64,000 nucleotides of DNA. It comes from a virus. The stretch's first letter is position 1; the number at the start of each line of letters is the position of its first letter. The notes under the pieces were generated by a model. It made no database searches. It was not told the DNA's origin and was given only the letters and a program-made list of their open reading frames with translations. Shown here piece by piece: positions 30,253 through 40,579 of this stretch. The stretch lies in the IMG/VR virus record IMGVR_UViG_3300008255_000101, positions 86,183 to 150,182 of that record. One strand, 5' to 3'. The position numbers and the translations under genes are program-made.

Positions 30253-30583
30253 TGGTATCTCCTATCTTGGATAAATGGCCATCTACGACCAAGTGGTTGG
30301 TTTTCAAGAATTCCTCCATAAAAGACTGGACCTTATCCTCAAAACCATCCTTGCCAGCTTGCTCCATGATCCCCTTCTGCTCCAACTCCTTCCAGATCCA
30401 ATCCTTCAGGTAGGGGGTTACCCCCGGGAAATACCTGCGGATTGTCCACTGGACGGAGTCCATAGGTATCTTTGCAGAGATGGACGGAAACCGGGTCTTA
30501 CCCATGGTAGGACCTTCATGATAACCCATGAAAAACGGGTTGTCTCCTGCGTCATCTAAATTAGCTGGCATATAAGTAGTCAC
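30227..30583 (-). CDS. Hypothetical protein
   Basis: Directly downstream of a late-promoter-like motif; start may be 30571. Confidence 0.6.
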   Translation of the reverse strand: MTTYMPANLDDAGDNPFFMGYHEGPTMGKTRFPSISAKIPMDSVQWTIRRYFPGVTPYLKDWIWKELEQKGIMEQAGKDGFEDKVQSFMEEFLKTNHLVVDGHLSKIGDTNENRESHK

Positions 30584-30739
30584 GGAGATTAAAAGGTTAT
30601 GTGCCTATTTTGACGTTTTTTGGCATATGGCCAATTTTTCTTTTAAAAAATGTGATAATGTAGGACTACCCGGTTATATACTGTATTGTAGGGCACTGCT
30701 ACGGCAGGTATTAAAAAAACCATGAGAGGAGATACCATC

Positions 30740-31936
30740 ATGAAAAAGAACACCATCATTATGCTGATTACGGCAGCCCTGTTACTTCTGGTAAACGGGT
30801 GCCTCTCTGACGACTCCGTTGTCGGGGTACAGGACGAAAAGGGTAACGTCACTTACGTGCATGTCACCTCATTCGATGAAACCACTGGTATCGGTACCGC
30901 TGTGGACACCGCCACGGGTACTGTTTACACAGGCCAGTTCCTTAACGTGGACGGGGATTCCGCCCAGGTCGTTACACCTACTGGTGACACCCTCGATTTC
31001 AAAATTGTGTCGATCGACCCCGGTACGCCCATCCCCGTGGACACTACCATTGTACCCGTGGACACGGCATTCGTTCCCGGCGACACTTCTACCCTCGTAA
31101 CCGACACCACCGATACCGTACTGGTGACACCATCATTTCTGAACTTTTCTGGACCCAACTTTGCCTTCCTGGATTCCACCAAAACCATGGATGCCCAATT
31201 GCAAGCCCTTGGGTTCGAAGCTACCCCTCGGGTGTACCCCGCAGTGGCTGACCCCGACACCAGCGTACTACCTTCCATATACACCCTACAGGATGGACTC
31301 GTCACAAACTACACCATCAACGAGTACACCTTTGACGAAGGCCGTGCGTATGTGCTAAACGGTGAAATGGTCATTCTGTTCCCAAATACGATCATCTATC
31401 CCCTGGGTCTTACGGGTACCGTCCGGGATTCTGCTACGCTCATTAAGATGGACATAGCATTTGAAGAAGACCGTACCAACTCAGTGATTGACTTTAAAAC
31501 TACGTTATACGGGTCCTTGGGTAGCTACGAAGCCCTTATGCAAACTGTAAACCTGGGTACAGGTGAGGGGATTGAGGTACTGGCATCTTACTACCGTACC
31601 AGCTGTAGTTCCGAGGGGAACTTCGCAGACAACGACGGATTAGATGGCCACCGTGACCCTGCTTGCGGCGTACCCCTGGGTCCAGATCGCGTAGGGGGTG
31701 GTACCTACAATAACATGGCGGAGAACTCTTCGGGGTGCCACGATTGGTACAAGGGATTGCGTACTTCCATTCTAGCGGGTGAGTGGGTTGGGACTGCACC
31801 CTATTTCTTTGACGCCCTCAAGGTTAACCCCTCCGAAAACCTAGATACCCACTTCACCAATAACCCCTTCAAGTGGTTCTCGTATTTCCTCTACGGCTCT
31901 TTCCCTTCGGAGAGTTCCGTGGACCTGTCCTGTTAG
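30740..31936 (+). CDS. Lipoprotein (host-envelope moron)
   Basis: MKKNTIIMLITAALLLLVNGC lipobox; AGGAG RBS; own promoter and terminator. Confidence 0.75.
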   Translation: MKKNTIIMLITAALLLLVNGCLSDDSVVGVQDEKGNVTYVHVTSFDETTGIGTAVDTATGTVYTGQFLNVDGDSAQVVTPTGDTLDFKIVSIDPGTPIPVDTTIVPVDTAFVPGDTSTLVTDTTDTVLVTPSFLNFSGPNFAFLDSTKTMDAQLQALGFEATPRVYPAVADPDTSVLPSIYTLQDGLVTNYTINEYTFDEGRAYVLNGEMVILFPNTIIYPLGLTGTVRDSATLIKMDIAFEEDRTNSVIDFKTTLYGSLGSYEALMQTVNLGTGEGIEVLASYYRTSCSSEGNFADNDGLDGHRDPACGVPLGPDRVGGGTYNNMAENSSGCHDWYKGLRTSILAGEWVGTAPYFFDALKVNPSENLDTHFTNNPFKWFSYFLYGSFPSESSVDLSC

Positions 31937-31956
31937 AAAACATAAGGGTATTAATT

Positions 31957-31987
31957 AAAAAAGGCGGCCTCTCTAGGCCGCCTTTTT
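31957..31987. terminator. Bidirectional terminator
   Basis: AAAAAGGCGGCCT-CTCT-AGGCCGCCTTTTT. Confidence 0.9.
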
Positions 31988-31990
31988 AAG

Positions 31991-34900
31991 TTACCAACCA
32001 AAGAGGGTTGTGTTGTGACTACGTATGTACGTAATGGCTCCGTCTGTCTCACTGGCTTGGTACGACTCTGGTATGCGGACTGTAGCGTTACGTGCCCTGT
32101 ACGTGACAAACTTACATGATACGTGGAACCATACCCCTACAGGTAAACCTAGAGCCCAGGTGCTGCTGCCGGACACACAGTGCCGAGCCAGAACTTTCAG
32201 AGCCCTGTATCGGGACGGCGCCGACGCATCAGAGGTTGTTTCACTAGTGTACCCCACGTGGGTGAGAGATACCATGTTGTTCACCTGAACCAACGTAGGC
32301 TGGTTTGCTCCTGAGTTAGCACTTGAGCCCCAGGCAAAGGCCTCCACATTCTGTGGCAACCCGAACAGCCTTCTTCCCGTGTCACCGAAGTAGTAGTTAG
32401 CAGTACTGGGGGGGAGCTGTCCCGTGTGCATATCCGGAACAGTTATCCCGTATGTGTCCGAGTACCCGGCGGCCCCCAGTATAAACCTAGTCTCAGTCAG
32501 TTCCGTGCTTCGCACGTTAATGAGCTTGCTAGCGGAATTGTCCTTTACTATGACATCGTACACCCCTCCGTCATTGAATGAGTTTGACGACTCATTAAGA
32601 GAGATGGCCTCAAAGATATAGTCCCACGCAAAGTTACCTGGCGACCCGTACCCATTGGGGTAGTAGGGACTGATCATATTGTCCTCAACAAGGGGGTACT
32701 TAACATCGAAGGCATTGCCCGTGATTACGGTGTCCTCTGCTGTAGCACTGGCCGCGTCGGGTATCAGAACTATGAAGCTGTCCACCACGGGATCCTTCTG
32801 CACGGAACCCAGGTCGACATTACACTCGAATATATTACCGGTGATGATCAACTCCTTGCAACCGTATGATTGGTACTTGGTGTTGATGAAGGTGTTGTTA
32901 GACACCTGGCACTGGTTGTGGGTGTACAAAGCGTTACTCAGGAAATCATCCGCACCCACAGTATACATGTTAGGTACTTCAAACACGTTACCCATCACCT
33001 GGCTGTAGCCCGAGGAAGAGACATTGTAGGCACCCGCTAACAATAGGTACTCGGCACCAATCACGTTACTGGTGGACGAACTAGTCACCACCTTGAACCT
33101 GTTGAACAGGAACTTGGCCCTAGTGTTAGAAGGGGATTGGACAATTGAATTCTCAAAAGTACACCATTGCACAGTTCCGTGGTAGAAAGCAGTGGCGACT
33201 GCCCCCGTGCTGGATAGGGATACTTCAGAGCGATAGAAGTTGCAATTGCTTATCACAGCGCCGTAGGTTTGTCTAAGGGACAAAGTCTGGGACCATACCG
33301 TAGTAGACCCCTGTCCGTAGAATGAGCAATTCTCTATGCGGAGCCCAACCGTGGAACAACGGTAGCTTCCCACAGATGTACCCGCAGGGGATGTGGTGAG
33401 GTAGCCAAAAGTGGGGTAAGCCAGGGTGTTGTGGTCATAGTCCAATACCAAGTTTCGGACACCTAGGTTCCTGCTCACAGCTGTAGCAGTACGACCATCC
33501 TTATAACCAGGAAGCATGGTGATGCCACCGTCCAGGTAGTAAGGAACCGATCCGCCATCCAGCCACATGTACTCGCTGTCCAGCGCGTAAGACTCTGCCA
33601 GAGGGTCTGGGGAGGTTTCGTCCCCGTCCCATGTAGAAGCTGTCAGACAGTTAAAGGCCATCTGAAGAGCTTGGGTGTCGCTAACCAAAGTATTGGCACG
33701 GAACCACTCAGGACGAACGATACCACCACCCAAAGACGGGGCCCATGTGTCGGTCCACAGGCTAACTACTGTTGGTGAGTAGTAGGTGTGGTCAAACTTG
33801 GCGTTCATGCTGTCCACTGGGTACTTGATGCGGACATTCATCTTATACCAGGTCAGGAGAGCCCCGGGGGCCTGCTCCACAGGGTTTTCGAAGAAGTCCA
33901 TGACGGGGTCGCCGTCAGTACCTAGCTGGTAGATTCCTGCAGGGAAGTATAGAGTGGCATTTACACCGCTGCACTCAAAGTTGTTGAGAAGGTTGCGTAG
34001 CTTGTCAGAAACTCCGGCCACGGCTCCAGGAAGGACACCGAACCAGGTCACATTGACTTTGCTGGGGGCATTTGCTCCCCACGATACAGGACCTTCAGAA
34101 CAGTAGTAAACTGTTCCGGCAGCCACATCGGGGAATGTGAAGATAGTGTAATTGGGGGCAACTATGTCCGCGTTTACGGTAAGGGTAGCGGAACCGGTTA
34201 GCTCTATACCCGAGGAACCTACGAACTTGGAACGAGATGTCATTTCCACATCACCTTCGATACCATAGAAACCCGCAGGACCTCCAGACCCAAACTTACC
34301 TAGGGACCCGTAAACTACAGTAAACCCTCTTGAGTAACTGCCCCGTATGGGTTCCTTGTCCGCGTCCGCCAGGAGCGAGGAGTACATGTCGTTGAGAGCA
34401 TCCGTGTTGTCGTAGGCCACCCCGAACTCATCTTTACCGGAAAGGGCAAACCACCACTCTGGCCGCACCTCTGTTAAGGCGGAAGGTGCAAAGTGGAGGA
34501 TAGGCCCAGTCACGGGGTGTGTCAGCGCCGTGTAGGTATTGATTGTGGTAGGGCCCCTGAATGTCCAAATAGGACGGGTAGTGTTGTTGTAGAGGAAAAC
34601 TCCCGACCCTATGGTTAATGCCACGGTCTCAGGGAATTCCATATCTGCTGTGGTGAGGTAGACGGACTCCGCGGGTATAACCAAGTCCATACCAAACTGC
34701 TCCGCAGCTGCGATAGCAGCAGCTATCTCGGCATCTCTGTTCAGAGGGGCGGAACCGGATAATCCAGGTATGGCGCCATAGTCGTAAACGCTGAGGGTGT
34801 TTTGCCTTACTTGCCTTACAAATCTTCCAGGATTGAGATTGTCCCCCTGGTAAGCTATGTAGATCCCGCTATCGTCGTCTTCAGTGGAAGTCGCGTCATA

Positions 34901-37873
34901 AATGAATATGTCACTGCTTCCATCACCGGAGGCGTAGTAGCCCTTAACCAAGACAGCCTTGGCGGCTAAAGTGACGGGGTCTAGCGTACGTAGCTCCGCT
35001 ATACTGTCCACTGCGAAAATAGGTATGTCCCTCCACAGCACACCATCGATGGCTGCGGATAGGTACTGCCCGTCTCTTCCAACGGTCCAGCTCAAATCCT
35101 TGATGCGGGGTCCTGAGGGCATAGCACCAGTACCGGTTAGGCCCCACACATCAGGGTCAGACATATCCAAGAAAGCATTCCGACCTCTAAGAGCAACCGA
35201 AGCGGTGGACGCCAAAGCGTTCTGCTGGATATCGGGCTCAGCACTCATGGGAGTAGCCCTTACCGTTCGAATGTAGGCGTCCGCTGAAACCAGAGCGCCC
35301 GCACCTGCTACCAGTGCTGTCGTGGTGTCTTCCCTTCCGGCCAAGACCAAAGGTTCGGCTACAGTATTGCCCCCAAAGAAGGGATCTTCACTGACTTCTA
35401 TTGTCAGATTCCGAAGCGCTGCCGAGGAGGGGATGTAAGAGTCACTCAGGTACATATTCAAATTGTACGTGGAGGCGCCAGGTCCTATGGCAAACTTGAC
35501 TAGGCCGAAGTCGCCGTAGGGGCTCTGCTTGGTCCAGGTAAGATCGGTAACTGTAAGGGCCGGTGTACTGGCACCCAAGGTGGCGTCGGGTATCTGAACC
35601 TTTACGCGACAGGAGGCATTGACTGAGTTGGACCGGGTGGGGTCCTTGATAACCACTACGAAAGACTGGTAGCTAGCAGACACTGCCGCTAGCGGTCTTG
35701 AGGCGATGGTGTACTCGAACAAAGTACCCTGGAGGTCCACGGCAGCAGTCAGAGTGTTGTAGGACATGCGGTCGGCATGCAATGTACCAAAGTGGCCTTC
35801 GGCGTAGGTCAGGGTTTCTGCTGGGAGTATGCCCAGGGGTGCGGTGGCTGTCCAAGAGGTAGTACCGGTTTGGTAAAATGCCAAGGACCCACCATTCACA
35901 TTGACTGTGTCTGTAGCGTTGTAGCTATAGACCTTTCCATAATTTTCATCGTAGAGGTGGGCCTGCAGGGTCATGCTATTCGATGTCGAAGACACCACTG
36001 AGAAACGCAGGTTCTCCTTGAGGAAATTATGGGATTGGAGTGCTACTGCTTCGAATGTAGGCAGGGCCCCCGAGGATGTCTTATTCAAACGAATCTTGAA
36101 ACTTCCAAAACGGTCGGGTTGGGCCAAGCTTCCACTGCTAGCAGCCACATTCAAAATAAAAGTCAAATCCGTTGCCTGTGCAGCGTCTGTAGAGAACTCA
36201 CAAATCTTCCAGTAGGCGTTGCCGCCCAATCCGTTTACAGGGGTCCTGTACATGTTGGTCTGGCGATCCCACTGTGCGTCGAAGATGTGAGCGGATCCCG
36301 AGACCCCTACATCGTTCCAGAACTGATTGGTACCACCCCTAAGATCCACGTGCTCGTCAAAGTTGGCTCGGTCTGCTACATCCAGCTGATAACCTGAAGC
36401 TCCCCTGACTTCTTTACCAAGGGCTAGTTTACCCTCATTGTCCAGCTGGGAGACCACGCTTTCATCATCTTTCTTCTGGGTCCAGAAAAAGTTACTCAGA
36501 GCAGGATCAGCCGAGGTACGCGCCTCGATGAGAGATCCCGTGAACCCTCTTCCTTCCAAAACCACAAGGGAGTCTTCCAGATCGGATCGAGCTTCCTCGA
36601 CGGTGGGCATGGAATCCGCGTTAGCTGCAGCTCTAACGTACAACCTGCCTGCGAATACTTTGTCCGAAGTTATCTCGCCTGGTACAAGGCCATCGGGATT
36701 TGGTTGGATTGTTCCGGCGGCACCAGTTTCACCGGTACCGGCTACGGCCAAAGCCCTGATTCGGTAATCTCCCTCATTGTCCAGGACACGGGGAGTGACC
36801 GAGTTGCTATTGAAAGCTTCAGTGTCTACGCCCTCGTTCCTTCCAGTGGCGCCCCAAGTCTCGTCCACGTCAGAGGAAAGGGCTCTTCCGGCGTCCACGT
36901 CGTTTTGGGTGTACCCGCCGTGTCGTAGGCGATGGGTGATCTCCACGGGTGGGCAGACTCTCTTGTCCTGAAGCTCCAGGATGTCCGTAAAATCCCCTTC
37001 ACTGAAAATAGTGGAGTGACTACGAGTCAAAACAGATATGGGGGCGCGGAGGTATTTCACGCCCGTGGCGTATTCGCCTTCAGCGAAGAAGGGGTCATCG
37101 TAAATAGCACCGGTTAGGGGATCAGTGCCCGTCCAGTTCTCGGCGACCAGGAACTTAACACTAGCCTTGATACGGTTGGCAGTCTGATTGCCCACCACTG
37201 GGTCTTTTATGCCTGGGTCTTGAAGGTCGGGAGCACTGTCCGAAGGAGAACTCCCTCCGTCAGTAACTTCATCGAGGGTAAGTTCCACATAGATGACATC
37301 GGTCTGGCCCACACTTCCGGGTTGGATCTGGCCCACATCCTTGACATAGGTATCACTACGCATAGCGTACTTAAGCTTTTCAGCCAAAGTAGTGCTGGGA
37401 TTGTTGGGGTCGGGAATGGTCTCACCAGGGTATTCCTTGATGATGGACCCCATGTGGTCGTCAGGATTGTCATTCTGTTCGGACCACTTGATATCAGAAC
37501 TTAGGAAGATGTACCAACCCTTCAGGTACATGATAGCAGGAAGATCGTTGTAACCATCGCTATTCAATCCACCGTACACAGTGAAGTCTAAGTTTTGTTC
37601 GTTGGAGTTTCCATCCACCGCCGTGACTTTGAATCCGTCTACACGATGCATTCCAGCAGCATCGGGGTAGTCACTGTATCGACGCGACACTACGGCTACA
37701 TCCCCATAGGAGTTGCGTGCCAACCACCTGTTCAGGTCCAGCATAGTCTCAGAAAGCTCGCGTACTTCTGCGTCCAGTAGTGGAGTGTTACGCTGAGCCT
37801 GTAACACATAATAACGCTTCTTGGCGCTATACTGGATAGAATTTGAGTACTTACCCTTAAATGGAGTAGTCAT
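31991..37873 (-). CDS. Large tail/baseplate protein: DUF6519/DUF4815-like N-terminus plus tailspike beta-helix
   Basis: KRYYVLQAQRNTPLLDAEVRE N-terminus; VDSIAELR...VKGYYASGDG...DDDSG, SVYDYGA and NTF/NIF/NAF parallel beta-helix repeats. Confidence 0.75.
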   Translation of the reverse strand: MTTPFKGKYSNSIQYSAKKRYYVLQAQRNTPLLDAEVRELSETMLDLNRWLARNSYGDVAVVSRRYSDYPDAAGMHRVDGFKVTAVDGNSNEQNLDFTVYGGLNSDGYNDLPAIMYLKGWYIFLSSDIKWSEQNDNPDDHMGSIIKEYPGETIPDPNNPSTTLAEKLKYAMRSDTYVKDVGQIQPGSVGQTDVIYVELTLDEVTDGGSSPSDSAPDLQDPGIKDPVVGNQTANRIKASVKFLVAENWTGTDPLTGAIYDDPFFAEGEYATGVKYLRAPISVLTRSHSTIFSEGDFTDILELQDKRVCPPVEITHRLRHGGYTQNDVDAGRALSSDVDETWGATGRNEGVDTEAFNSNSVTPRVLDNEGDYRIRALAVAGTGETGAAGTIQPNPDGLVPGEITSDKVFAGRLYVRAAANADSMPTVEEARSDLEDSLVVLEGRGFTGSLIEARTSADPALSNFFWTQKKDDESVVSQLDNEGKLALGKEVRGASGYQLDVADRANFDEHVDLRGGTNQFWNDVGVSGSAHIFDAQWDRQTNMYRTPVNGLGGNAYWKICEFSTDAAQATDLTFILNVAASSGSLAQPDRFGSFKIRLNKTSSGALPTFEAVALQSHNFLKENLRFSVVSSTSNSMTLQAHLYDENYGKVYSYNATDTVNVNGGSLAFYQTGTTSWTATAPLGILPAETLTYAEGHFGTLHADRMSYNTLTAAVDLQGTLFEYTIASRPLAAVSASYQSFVVVIKDPTRSNSVNASCRVKVQIPDATLGASTPALTVTDLTWTKQSPYGDFGLVKFAIGPGASTYNLNMYLSDSYIPSSAALRNLTIEVSEDPFFGGNTVAEPLVLAGREDTTTALVAGAGALVSADAYIRTVRATPMSAEPDIQQNALASTASVALRGRNAFLDMSDPDVWGLTGTGAMPSGPRIKDLSWTVGRDGQYLSAAIDGVLWRDIPIFAVDSIAELRTLDPVTLAAKAVLVKGYYASGDGSSDIFIYDATSTEDDDSGIYIAYQGDNLNPGRFVRQVRQNTLSVYDYGAIPGLSGSAPLNRDAEIAAAIAAAEQFGMDLVIPAESVYLTTADMEFPETVALTIGSGVFLYNNTTRPIWTFRGPTTINTYTALTHPVTGPILHFAPSALTEVRPEWWFALSGKDEFGVAYDNTDALNDMYSSLLADADKEPIRGSYSRGFTVVYGSLGKFGSGGPAGFYGIEGDVEMTSRSKFVGSSGIELTGSATLTVNADIVAPNYTIFTFPDVAAGTVYYCSEGPVSWGANAPSKVNVTWFGVLPGAVAGVSDKLRNLLNNFECSGVNATLYFPAGIYQLGTDGDPVMDFFENPVEQAPGALLTWYKMNVRIKYPVDSMNAKFDHTYYSPTVVSLWTDTWAPSLGGGIVRPEWFRANTLVSDTQALQMAFNCLTASTWDGDETSPDPLAESYALDSEYMWLDGGSVPYYLDGGITMLPGYKDGRTATAVSRNLGVRNLVLDYDHNTLAYPTFGYLTTSPAGTSVGSYRCSTVGLRIENCSFYGQGSTTVWSQTLSLRQTYGAVISNCNFYRSEVSLSSTGAVATAFYHGTVQWCTFENSIVQSPSNTRAKFLFNRFKVVTSSSTSNVIGAEYLLLAGAYNVSSSGYSQVMGNVFEVPNMYTVGADDFLSNALYTHNQCQVSNNTFINTKYQSYGCKELIITGNIFECNVDLGSVQKDPVVDSFIVLIPDAASATAEDTVITGNAFDVKYPLVEDNMISPYYPNGYGSPGNFAWDYIFEAISLNESSNSFNDGGVYDVIVKDNSASKLINVRSTELTETRFILGAAGYSDTYGITVPDMHTGQLPPSTANYYFGDTGRRLFGLPQNVEAFAWGSSANSGANQPTLVQVNNMVSLTHVGYTSETTSDASAPSRYRALKVLARHCVSGSSTWALGLPVGVWFHVSCKFVTYRARNATVRIPESYQASETDGAITYIRSHNTTLFGW

Positions 37874-37893
37874 GTACTATTCTCCCTCGAAAA

Positions 37894-39858
37894 TTACCTT
37901 CGGCGGGGACCTGGGCCCATCCCAGGACCCATACCACCACCAAATCCGTTGTACCTCCCACCACCAGATTTATAGATCATGCCTGTGGAGGGTCTATTTA
38001 GATCCATTCTTCTAAGATTCTTAGAAAGTGCCATATGGCCCTGGCGGCCCTTTGATGTCCTAGGCACTTTGGACCCCTTGCCTCCACCAGTGATGTACTC
38101 CGAGGCAAGCTTGACAGAACGAGCTAGAGCATCACTCAAGTCGTCATGGCGGTCCTTTCCTTCGGGCATAAACACCTTGATAACGTACTTGGATTTTTGA
38201 AGGACCTGCAGTTTGAGTAGTTCCTGGACAAGCTCGGAGTCCTCAGGTTTCCCGTTGGGTCCTGTAACGCCGGACGCTGGTAGCCTTATACCACGAGTCA
38301 TGAACTTGGCCATAAGGTTCTGGTAGATCTCTGAGTTCAGGGTATCGTTGAAATGCCTGTCCTGCATGGTCAGGATCCCCTTCCTTTTAAGAATGGGGAG
38401 CACAGACATAGCGTAGTATTGGTCGAGAAGACCCGCATGTATATTGTAGTGCCCGTGGATTTCGGCTATCCAATCAGCCATTTCCGCGGGGTCGAATGCC
38501 TGAAGCTTACCAGTGCTTTCGTCAAAGGTCTTTTCGTCTTTAGCGTAACGGACAGCGATCCAATCCAGAACGATCACGGGAGATTCCACCCCATCTACCA
38601 CATCGCGTTCCACATGGGTCACTGCGATAGCAGTTCCATCGTTCTTAAGACCAACGTCAATACCCATAAAGTACGGTATACGCTCACTGGATCTTTCCTT
38701 CATGAAAAGTTTTTCGTCCACGCAATCGTAGACCAGGTCAGCGTCCTCAATCCACCCAGAAAGTCTATCCGAGAACTCAGCACCGTACTCCACAGAGAAC
38801 ACCACGGGGCTCTTGTAATACTGAGATTTCAAAAAGGCAGTAGGAATTTTAGGATTCATTTCCCAGGACGGTAGCTGGATCATTAGGATGTCGCCACCCT
38901 TCTCTTCATCGAAAGATCTCTCGTACTCCTCCCAAAGCAATCCAGACTTATCGGCAGGCGAGGATATTAGGATAATCTTGCCTGCTGGGGAGCCGTCCGG
39001 GTTAGGGTACATAGCTAGCGATGGTATAATGGCTTCGTAAACAGCTTTGTCACTCTTATCGGAGGTGGACTTGCTACCTATTTCCTTAAAAAAGTGAGCG
39101 ACCTCATCGAAAGCCACAAAGATATTGTTACGTCCGCGGGTGCTGCGGGCAGAGCATGCTTCAGCAATAAATTCAATGGTATACTTTCCGCCGCCAAAAT
39201 CCTGGATATCCCTTTGGGACTTCAGGTACATTTCTGTTTTATTTGGGGACTTAAGCAGATAATCCCTGAAAAATAGGGCACGTTCCAGATTGTTTGTAAC
39301 ACGGTCATAAAGAATCTTGGCGTTCTCTTCACTCGTGGACAGACAGGTCATAGATATGGGGTCATCAGGCATCACACCGTAATAACCCTGGGGGTGGTAC
39401 TGCAGCATCATACAGTACATCTCGTAGTTGGCGATCATGGATGTCACAGTGGTTTTGGTACCACGGCGCCCACAAATCAGGGCCAGCGTATTACGAGTTC
39501 CGTTTAGGGGGCCGGGGCTTATTCGGCCCTCCTCCAGGAGGTACAAGTAAAACTCCTGTTCCGTAAAGGTGTACAGAAGATTTTCGTTGAACCTATCAAA
39601 AATTGGTATGTACCTATCGGTGTCATCCAGGGGTATACCGTAATAGGCTTTAAGGATAAATCTTTGGGCGGGTAGCAAAGGGGGCACTCCGGATATAGAC
39701 CCCATGCCCAGACCCCACGGGGCCTCTACGAATGTAATGACATCTACCTTGGTGTCGGCCTGATCTGTAACGCCCGCGGCAGACCCCAACATGCCGGCAA
39801 AGGTGGTCTTTACCTTCTCGGGGTTGTTTCTTCGGGGTACTAGATCTTTAGGGGCCAT
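37894..39858 (-). CDS. terL: Terminase large subunit
   Basis: GRRGTKT Walker A, AFDEVAHF Walker B, ILISSP, MGIDVG and HDDLSDA RNase H-like nuclease motifs. Confidence 0.9.
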   Translation of the reverse strand: MAPKDLVPRRNNPEKVKTTFAGMLGSAAGVTDQADTKVDVITFVEAPWGLGMGSISGVPPLLPAQRFILKAYYGIPLDDTDRYIPIFDRFNENLLYTFTEQEFYLYLLEEGRISPGPLNGTRNTLALICGRRGTKTTVTSMIANYEMYCMMLQYHPQGYYGVMPDDPISMTCLSTSEENAKILYDRVTNNLERALFFRDYLLKSPNKTEMYLKSQRDIQDFGGGKYTIEFIAEACSARSTRGRNNIFVAFDEVAHFFKEIGSKSTSDKSDKAVYEAIIPSLAMYPNPDGSPAGKIILISSPADKSGLLWEEYERSFDEEKGGDILMIQLPSWEMNPKIPTAFLKSQYYKSPVVFSVEYGAEFSDRLSGWIEDADLVYDCVDEKLFMKERSSERIPYFMGIDVGLKNDGTAIAVTHVERDVVDGVESPVIVLDWIAVRYAKDEKTFDESTGKLQAFDPAEMADWIAEIHGHYNIHAGLLDQYYAMSVLPILKRKGILTMQDRHFNDTLNSEIYQNLMAKFMTRGIRLPASGVTGPNGKPEDSELVQELLKLQVLQKSKYVIKVFMPEGKDRHDDLSDALARSVKLASEYITGGGKGSKVPRTSKGRQGHMALSKNLRRMDLNRPSTGMIYKSGGGRYNGFGGGMGPGMGPGPRRR

Positions 39859-39863
39859 ATCAG

Positions 39864-40481
39864 TTATTCTCGTGTCTTAGCAAAAGCTTGTGCGTTCATG
39901 GCTGCATCCTTCTTAGCGGATTTCTGACCTTTGTAGGCCTGCTCAGCCATCTCCTCGAAACCCGTAAGTTTCTGCTGGAGCTTTAAGAAAAATCTCTTCT
40001 CGGTAGCTTCCTGCATCCCAGTTTCTTTAACGGCCTGCAGTATGAGACCGGTCATAAGACTGAGCACATCTTGGAAGCTGTCACTGTAGAAATCGATTTT
40101 ACCGCCACTCTTGTCCTTCAGCTCTTTACTACGCTGGGACACCATCTTGGCAGCTTTTTCTAGGGATATGATTCTTTTTTCCGAGAGGATAGCCTTGGAG
40201 GCAACGTCGTTCGGTTGTGTCTGATTGGACAAAGACTTTAGGTAGGACGCCTCGGCAGCGACCTCCTCCAGAATGATGTCATAAAGACTGGAGTCGTCGT
40301 CCTTGGACCTTATGGCAATACTCAGCCTGTCGTTGCTCTCGCTCCGCTCATCCACCAAATCTGTGGACACCGATCTACCGCCGACATCTGCGGACAGTAC
40401 CTCGTGCGACCCTGATTCTTCAAGGGTTTCGGCATCGACGACTTCCACTTCCTCGACGTCGACTTCATTGTTCTTTCTCAT
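39864..40481 (-). CDS. Putative terminase small subunit
   Basis: Helical ~205-aa gene immediately upstream of terL; call is positional only. Confidence 0.45.
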   Translation of the reverse strand: MRKNNEVDVEEVEVVDAETLEESGSHEVLSADVGGRSVSTDLVDERSESNDRLSIAIRSKDDDSSLYDIILEEVAAEASYLKSLSNQTQPNDVASKAILSEKRIISLEKAAKMVSQRSKELKDKSGGKIDFYSDSFQDVLSLMTGLILQAVKETGMQEATEKRFFLKLQQKLTGFEEMAEQAYKGQKSAKKDAAMNAQAFAKTRE

Positions 40482-40579
40482 AGTCGACTTCCGTTTTCGT
40501 ATGTTATATCTTCCCAGTCTAGTTTACGCCCCCTCACTGGGGAGGGCTCGGGACTTCCTTTGGGGAAGTCCCTTTACGA

